Of a stretch of 64,000 bases of DNA, positions 59,585 through 64,000 are shown piece by piece; position 1 is the stretch's first letter; every line of letters begins with the position of its first letter. Origin of the DNA: Ignavibacteriota bacterium (GTDB lineage: Bacteria > Bacteroidota > Ignavibacteria > UBA10030 > SZUA-254). The stretch spans positions 1,738-65,737 of the forward strand of contig JANYJZ010000007.1 in the NCBI GenBank assembly GCA_025358305.1. Direction: 5' to 3'. Made by a program: the position numbers and the translations under genes. Under the pieces are notes generated by a model. The model was not told where the DNA came from, did not search any database, and worked only from the letters and a program-made list of their open reading frames with translations.

Positions 59585-60562
59585 TTAACGGTGCTGGATG
59601 GCCGCGACGATCTTCTTGCCGTGCTCTCTCCCGTTCTCGATGAAGACCTTGTTGTTGAACCTGCCGCCGACGAGCCCTCCCGCGACGAAGAGACCGGGGA
59701 TGTTCGTCTCGTACGTTTCCGGATTGTGCGCCGGGACGAGTGTGGCGGGATCGATCTCGATCCCAAGGGACCGCAAGAATGAGACGTCGGGCCGGTACCC
59801 GATGAGGACGAAAGCGAAGTCGGTCTCTATCTCCAAGGCGCCCCCACCTGTTTTCTCTACCACCGTCACCCCCTTGCGAAACTCCTTCACCGTGCTCGAA
59901 AAGTGCGCCGCCATCGATCCGGCGGCGATCCGGTTCTCAAGATCGGGGAGGATCCAGTACTTCACGCCGCTGCTGAGTTTTTCTCCCCGGTGCACGAGTG
60001 TCACCTGTGCGCCGTGCCGCCAGAGGTCCAATGCGGCCTCCACCGCGGAGTTCTTCCCCCCCACGACAAGCACCTGTTGCCGGTAGTACGGCGATGGGTC
60101 GTGATAGAAATGCGACACATGCGGGAGCCCTTCTCCGGGGACCTTCAGCATGTTCGGTGTGTCGTAGTATCCCGTCGCGGCGACGCAGTAGGTCGACGCG
60201 TACGTCTTCCCGCTCTCCCCCGTGAGAAGGAATGCCCCGTCGGCCCGCCTCAGGGAGACGACGCGTTCGTAGAACGCGAAATCCAGACGGTAATGCTCCG
60301 CCACGGAGCGGTAGTAGTTCACGCAGTCCCGGGAGGTCGGTCGCGTCGTGGGAATGACGAACGGGATGCCGCCGATCTCCAGGAGTTCGGGGGTGGAGAA
60401 GAAGAACATCTCCTGCTGATAGCGCTGGATGCCGTCCACGACGCTCCCCTTGTCAAGAACGAGAGCGCGCATACCGGCCTTCGTCGCTTCGATCGCGGCG
60501 GAAAGCCCAGCCGGGCCGGCACCGATGATGATGATGTCGAATTGTACTGTTTTGAGTGTCAT
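59585..60562 (-). CDS. ypdA: YpdA-family putative bacillithiol disulfide reductase
   Basis: Start moved to 60562; GAGPAG, FFSTPELLEIG, ATGYYD.PN, GGKNSA, VKYWILPD, FIENGREH. Confidence 0.9.
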   Translation of the reverse strand: MTLKTVQFDIIIIGAGPAGLSAAIEATKAGMRALVLDKGSVVDGIQRYQQEMFFFSTPELLEIGGIPFVIPTTRPTSRDCVNYYRSVAEHYRLDFAFYERVVSLRRADGAFLLTGESGKTYASTYCVAATGYYDTPNMLKVPGEGLPHVSHFYHDPSPYYRQQVLVVGGKNSAVEAALDLWRHGAQVTLVHRGEKLSSGVKYWILPDLENRIAAGSMAAHFSSTVKEFRKGVTVVEKTGGGALEIETDFAFVLIGYRPDVSFLRSLGIEIDPATLVPAHNPETYETNIPGLFVAGGLVGGRFNNKVFIENGREHGKKIVAAIQHR

Positions 60563-60569
60563 GAATGCC

Positions 60570-61208
60570 TTAGCTATTCGACGCGGGACGGGAAGGGTCC
60601 AGGTATTGTTCAACCGATGCGAGCCATGTACGGACCGTTTCGACGAACCGTGGGAACAGAACAGGGTCGCGTTGAAGCGATTTGGGAAAGGAGGGGAAGA
60701 GGCTCTTTCGGAATCCCGCGCTGAGCTCAAGCTGAATGCCGTTCTGACGGGCACGGTTCACAAAATTCCGCGGATCTCCCCCGGCCATGTCTGCGGGGGC
60801 GAGCTGCGCCGGAAATCCTTCGGCGACGAGCCGGGCGAGGAACTTCGCCGCAAGGTCTGCGTTACCCCCTCCGACGTAGACGAGCTCTTCCCTTCCTTCG
60901 CATCCATGGACTGCGAGCGCGAGTTCCGCCTCCTCCGCCAGGGCCAGACACTGCGGCTCGTCGTAGCGCGTACTCGTGACGTGGAGTGTGGCGAAGCACC
61001 CGCTCGATCGCCTTCCGCTGAAGACATAGCAATCGTACAGGTCCATCGACAATGCGAGAACGACCGGTTCGGTGCACGGTTCGATGCAGCCGCCGTGCGG
61101 CGCAAAGATTTTGACCTTCGAGCCATGCGAGCGGTCGGCATGGATGGCAAAATTGTCGCGCGCGGGCAATGCGGCCAACAGGGCGGACATGCTGTTGAAT
61201 TTATCCAC
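60570..61208 (-). CDS. Poly-gamma-glutamate hydrolase (PghP/DUF867) family protein
   Basis: APHGGxIE, LHVTSTRYDEP, VHG, YVGG, NFVNR, GIQLELS..FR motifs in order. Confidence 0.85.
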   Translation of the reverse strand: MDKFNSMSALLAALPARDNFAIHADRSHGSKVKIFAPHGGCIEPCTEPVVLALSMDLYDCYVFSGRRSSGCFATLHVTSTRYDEPQCLALAEEAELALAVHGCEGREELVYVGGGNADLAAKFLARLVAEGFPAQLAPADMAGGDPRNFVNRARQNGIQLELSAGFRKSLFPSFPKSLQRDPVLFPRFVETVRTWLASVEQYLDPSRPASNS

Positions 61209-61259
61209 GTCGCGTGACCCGATCTGATGCGCCGGCCATGCCTGCGTTCGCCGAAAGGT

Positions 61260-63803
61260 TCACTCGTCGTCCTCGTCCTGCTGTTCCTCTTCCTTCGGAG
61301 CTTTCGGGACGGAGCCGAGATGGTAGGTAAATCCAAGGTACACGAAACGCGTTTCGTGCCGGCTGACGATCGATTGCGTGAGGCCGGGGATGTCAAGCTC
61401 GTACTGGCGCTTCAGGCTATGGAAGAGATCATAGGCGGTCGCAATGAGCGTCAACTTCTTCTCGAACAGTTCCTGCCGGAACCCCGCATTGATGACGGCG
61501 TTCGGCGAATACTCGGCCTGCGGGGTGAAGCGTCGGGTGTTAAAATGGGAGTGGAGCTCGAACTTCGACCCGCTGGCGAGCTTCACGTTCACGCTGAACG
61601 TGCCGTTCCAGGATACCCGCGATTTGAAATAGCCGTCGCCGAGGTTGTTCGCGTCGAGCTCCTCGTAGAGCGCCGTGGAGCTCGCATTGATCGAAAGGTT
61701 CGCTCCGATGTCGGCCGAACCGATGAGTTCGAGGCCCGTCGACTGCTCTGCTCGGACATTCTCCTTCGTCGTCACAAGCGTCGAGCGGTTGACGACGTGC
61801 TTGAGCGACGTGATGCCGTTGGTCGAATGCCGGTAGAAGATGCTCGGGTACAGATAGACCGATTCCAAGTTCATCTGCAAACCAAACTCGACGGAGTGAA
61901 TGTATTCGGGCACCAGGAGGGGGTTCCCGTACGACAGGTTCTTCGGATCCCGGTATTCCGCGAACGGATCGAGTTCCCTCGCTTTCGGCCGGCTGACCCG
62001 GCGGCCATAGTTGAGGCGGAACTTCTTCGTCTTGTCAAGTGTGTAGGAGACGTGCAGGCTCGGGAAGAGGTTGATGAAGTGCCCGGACAACGTCGAATCA
62101 TGCGTTACAAGATCCGACGTGCGGTAGTCCTGCTCCATCCGTAGCCCGCCGAGCACGCCGAAGGCGCCGAAGGTCTCCTTGTAGGTGACATACTCGCTAT
62201 GGATGGCCTCGTGGAACCGAAAGCTGCTGAGTTTTGTGCTGTCGACGACGAATACGTTCTGGGACGGATCGAACACCTCGGTCGAAAAATCGAGATTGTC
62301 GCGGTTGAATTCACCCGTATAGCCCGCCTCGATCGTGACCTTGCGCGACAGAGCGTTGGAATATTCAAGGCCGATCTGATTCTTGTCGTCGCGCTGACGC
62401 ATGAAGGAGTTGTCATACGCCTGGGGGAATGTCGGCGAGAGGTACGTGTTGGTATACCGGTAATCGTTCGTTTCCGGCGAGCCGGAAGAGACGACATCGA
62501 TCCGAAGCGTATGGTCCCTGCGCCCGAAATTGTGGAGAAGGTTCACGCTGACGGTCGTGGCCTTGTCGATCTGGTACCCTTTATCGCTCCGGTTGTACTC
62601 GCTGATGAGCACGCCGCCCGTATTCAGGAGGGTCCGGTGCGAGCTGTCGGACCGCGAAAAGCTGTTCTGAAAGAACGTGCCCGACACCCCGAGGCTCGTC
62701 TCGTCGTCGAGATGATAGTCGCCACCGAAGGTAACGAGGTGCGTCAACGGGTACGTAACGGCAAAGAGGCTGTCCGCATACGTCGAGAATAGGGAAGGAT
62801 CCGCGCTGCTCGCTACGCTCCTGATATCCGAACTCGCGCGGTTCCGGTTATCGCGGCGCAGACTGTAGCTCGCGTAGACCGAAAAGGCTCCGGGGCTATA
62901 GCTGATCTGGACGTTGCCGTTGCGCCTTCCGCCGGTTCCCGCGTGCACGGTGAGATTACCGTGCGTGCCCAGGGGCGCGTCCTTCTTCAGTATGATGTTG
63001 ATGATCCCCGACTTGCCTTCCGACCGGTACCTCGCAGACGGGGTCGTGATCACGTCGATCTTTTCTATGGAACTTGCCGGGAGCTGTTCCAGGAACGTCC
63101 CCTCCTGCTTTTCGAGCATCGGTGAACGCTTGCCGTTGATCATGATGAGTACTCGCTTTGAACCTCGGAGGCTCACTTCGCCGTTGAGATCGACGTCGAC
63201 TGAGGGGATGTTCTCGAGGATCTCGCTCGCCGACGCGGTCTTGCTGGTGAGGTCCTGATCCACGTTGTAGGTCATCCGGTCAATCGACGGCTCCAGGAGG
63301 GGCCGGTCCGCCGATACGGTCACCTCATCGAGGGGGACGGCAAGCGAATAGAGCGTGATGGTCCTCAGATTCACTCTGGCGTGGAGCGAATCAACCGTCA
63401 CTGGCGCCGACGTCACGTCGTGGTGCCCGACGAGGCCGCACCGAACGAGATATGCTCCGGGGGCGACATTCTTGAATTCGAATCTCCCGGCGGCGTCCGT
63501 CGGGACGCCGGAGACCATCGTGCTGTCCGCAGATTTCAGGAGGAGGACGTTGACAAATTCGAGCGGATCGCCCGTGGAGTCGTCCACGACCGTGCCTCGG
63601 ACGGTCCCCCCTTGCTTCGACTGCGCCGATCCGATGACCGAACAGCACACGATCAGAGAGAAGAGGAAAAGCCGGATGGGCACCGCGGTGAGGACGCGCG
63701 GACGGGCTCCGGGAGCGACCGGGGGGATGTCTCTCCCCCGTCGCCCGAAGGCGAACGGGAGAACTCGAACGATGGTCCGGCGGAAGATCGTGAAGGCCGT
63801 CAT
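61260..63803 (-). CDS. TonB-dependent receptor family protein, paralog of 57143-59566
   Basis: Same architecture (EILENIPSV, IEKIDVITTPSARY, GNPLLVPE, FTYHLG). Start is ATG 63803 (overlaps the upstream TGA) or GTG 63683 (better signal-peptide length). Confidence 0.9.
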   Translation of the reverse strand: MTAFTIFRRTIVRVLPFAFGRRGRDIPPVAPGARPRVLTAVPIRLFLFSLIVCCSVIGSAQSKQGGTVRGTVVDDSTGDPLEFVNVLLLKSADSTMVSGVPTDAAGRFEFKNVAPGAYLVRCGLVGHHDVTSAPVTVDSLHARVNLRTITLYSLAVPLDEVTVSADRPLLEPSIDRMTYNVDQDLTSKTASASEILENIPSVDVDLNGEVSLRGSKRVLIMINGKRSPMLEKQEGTFLEQLPASSIEKIDVITTPSARYRSEGKSGIINIILKKDAPLGTHGNLTVHAGTGGRRNGNVQISYSPGAFSVYASYSLRRDNRNRASSDIRSVASSADPSLFSTYADSLFAVTYPLTHLVTFGGDYHLDDETSLGVSGTFFQNSFSRSDSSHRTLLNTGGVLISEYNRSDKGYQIDKATTVSVNLLHNFGRRDHTLRIDVVSSGSPETNDYRYTNTYLSPTFPQAYDNSFMRQRDDKNQIGLEYSNALSRKVTIEAGYTGEFNRDNLDFSTEVFDPSQNVFVVDSTKLSSFRFHEAIHSEYVTYKETFGAFGVLGGLRMEQDYRTSDLVTHDSTLSGHFINLFPSLHVSYTLDKTKKFRLNYGRRVSRPKARELDPFAEYRDPKNLSYGNPLLVPEYIHSVEFGLQMNLESVYLYPSIFYRHSTNGITSLKHVVNRSTLVTTKENVRAEQSTGLELIGSADIGANLSINASSTALYEELDANNLGDGYFKSRVSWNGTFSVNVKLASGSKFELHSHFNTRRFTPQAEYSPNAVINAGFRQELFEKKLTLIATAYDLFHSLKRQYELDIPGLTQSIVSRHETRFVYLGFTYHLGSVPKAPKEEEQQDEDDE

Positions 63804-64000
63804 TCGTTCGAGAGGGCCTTTTTCGGAATGGCAAAGCGCAGCGCGATCGACTGGCTCGAGGTTTCCCCGGGAGAGAAGGTGAAGACGTGTTCGCCGTTCG
63901 GGACGTCGATGATCATGTCGACCGCCTTACCGGGAACGACATCCTTCCACTCCTCATAGCTTAGTCCCGTGGATTTCGTGGTACTGAGCGGCGATTGCTG
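63800..64000 (-). CDS. Hypothetical protein, C-terminal end (enters from beyond the window)
   Basis: Open frame QQSPLSTTKSTGLSYEEWKDVVPGKAVDMIIDVPNGEHVFTFSPGETSSQSIALRFAIPKKALSNE*; the stop overlaps the next ATG. Confidence 0.7.
   Translation of the reverse strand, partial: QQSPLSTTKSTGLSYEEWKDVVPGKAVDMIIDVPNGEHVFTFSPGETSSQSIALRFAIPKKALSNE

Overview
High-GC (about 60-65% by eye) chromosomal window, with no phage or CRISPR, from an FCB-group bacterium that is most likely Ignavibacteria-like rather than Bacteroidia. Lineage evidence: five or more proteins with type IX secretion (T9SS) C-terminal tails of the QNYPNPFNPxTTI form, a stand-alone atpD-atpC unit, the rplM-rpsI-rpsB-tsf-pyrH-frr block, canonical TTGACA-N17-TAnnnT promoters and Shine-Dalgarno sites. 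Housekeeping core: polA, translation genes, a lipoate and 2-oxoacid dehydrogenase cluster with two different E1 enzymes, smpB, pyruvoyl arginine decarboxylase, alr, manC, rlpA, atpDC, mgtA, tRNA-Asp and tRNA-Ser. Accessory parts: giant T9SS surface proteins (1864, 2343 and 1558 aa), an AT-rich decayed island (higB with a nonsense codon, intact higA, twin operators, IS1-like fragment), and a two-component/PepSY/TonB-receptor region flanking a poly-gamma-glutamate hydrolase and YpdA. Best leads: (i) an unnamed LPPxPPxGxFDxRF module used both as a stand-alone secreted protein and as a shared pre-CTD cassette on unrelated T9SS cargos; (ii) an orphan GvpL/F-family protein with its own promoter and an unannotated 57-aa neighbour; (iii) an RpiB with an EutQ-N-like extension and Asp in place of the catalytic Cys; (iv) a promoter- and terminator-bounded rod-shaped RNA of about 195 nt that looks like 6S RNA; (v) a TTTCATC-N4-TTTCATC-N9-TATCTT box defining a small two-component regulon. 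All family assignments come from motif recognition by eye; no database searches were run.
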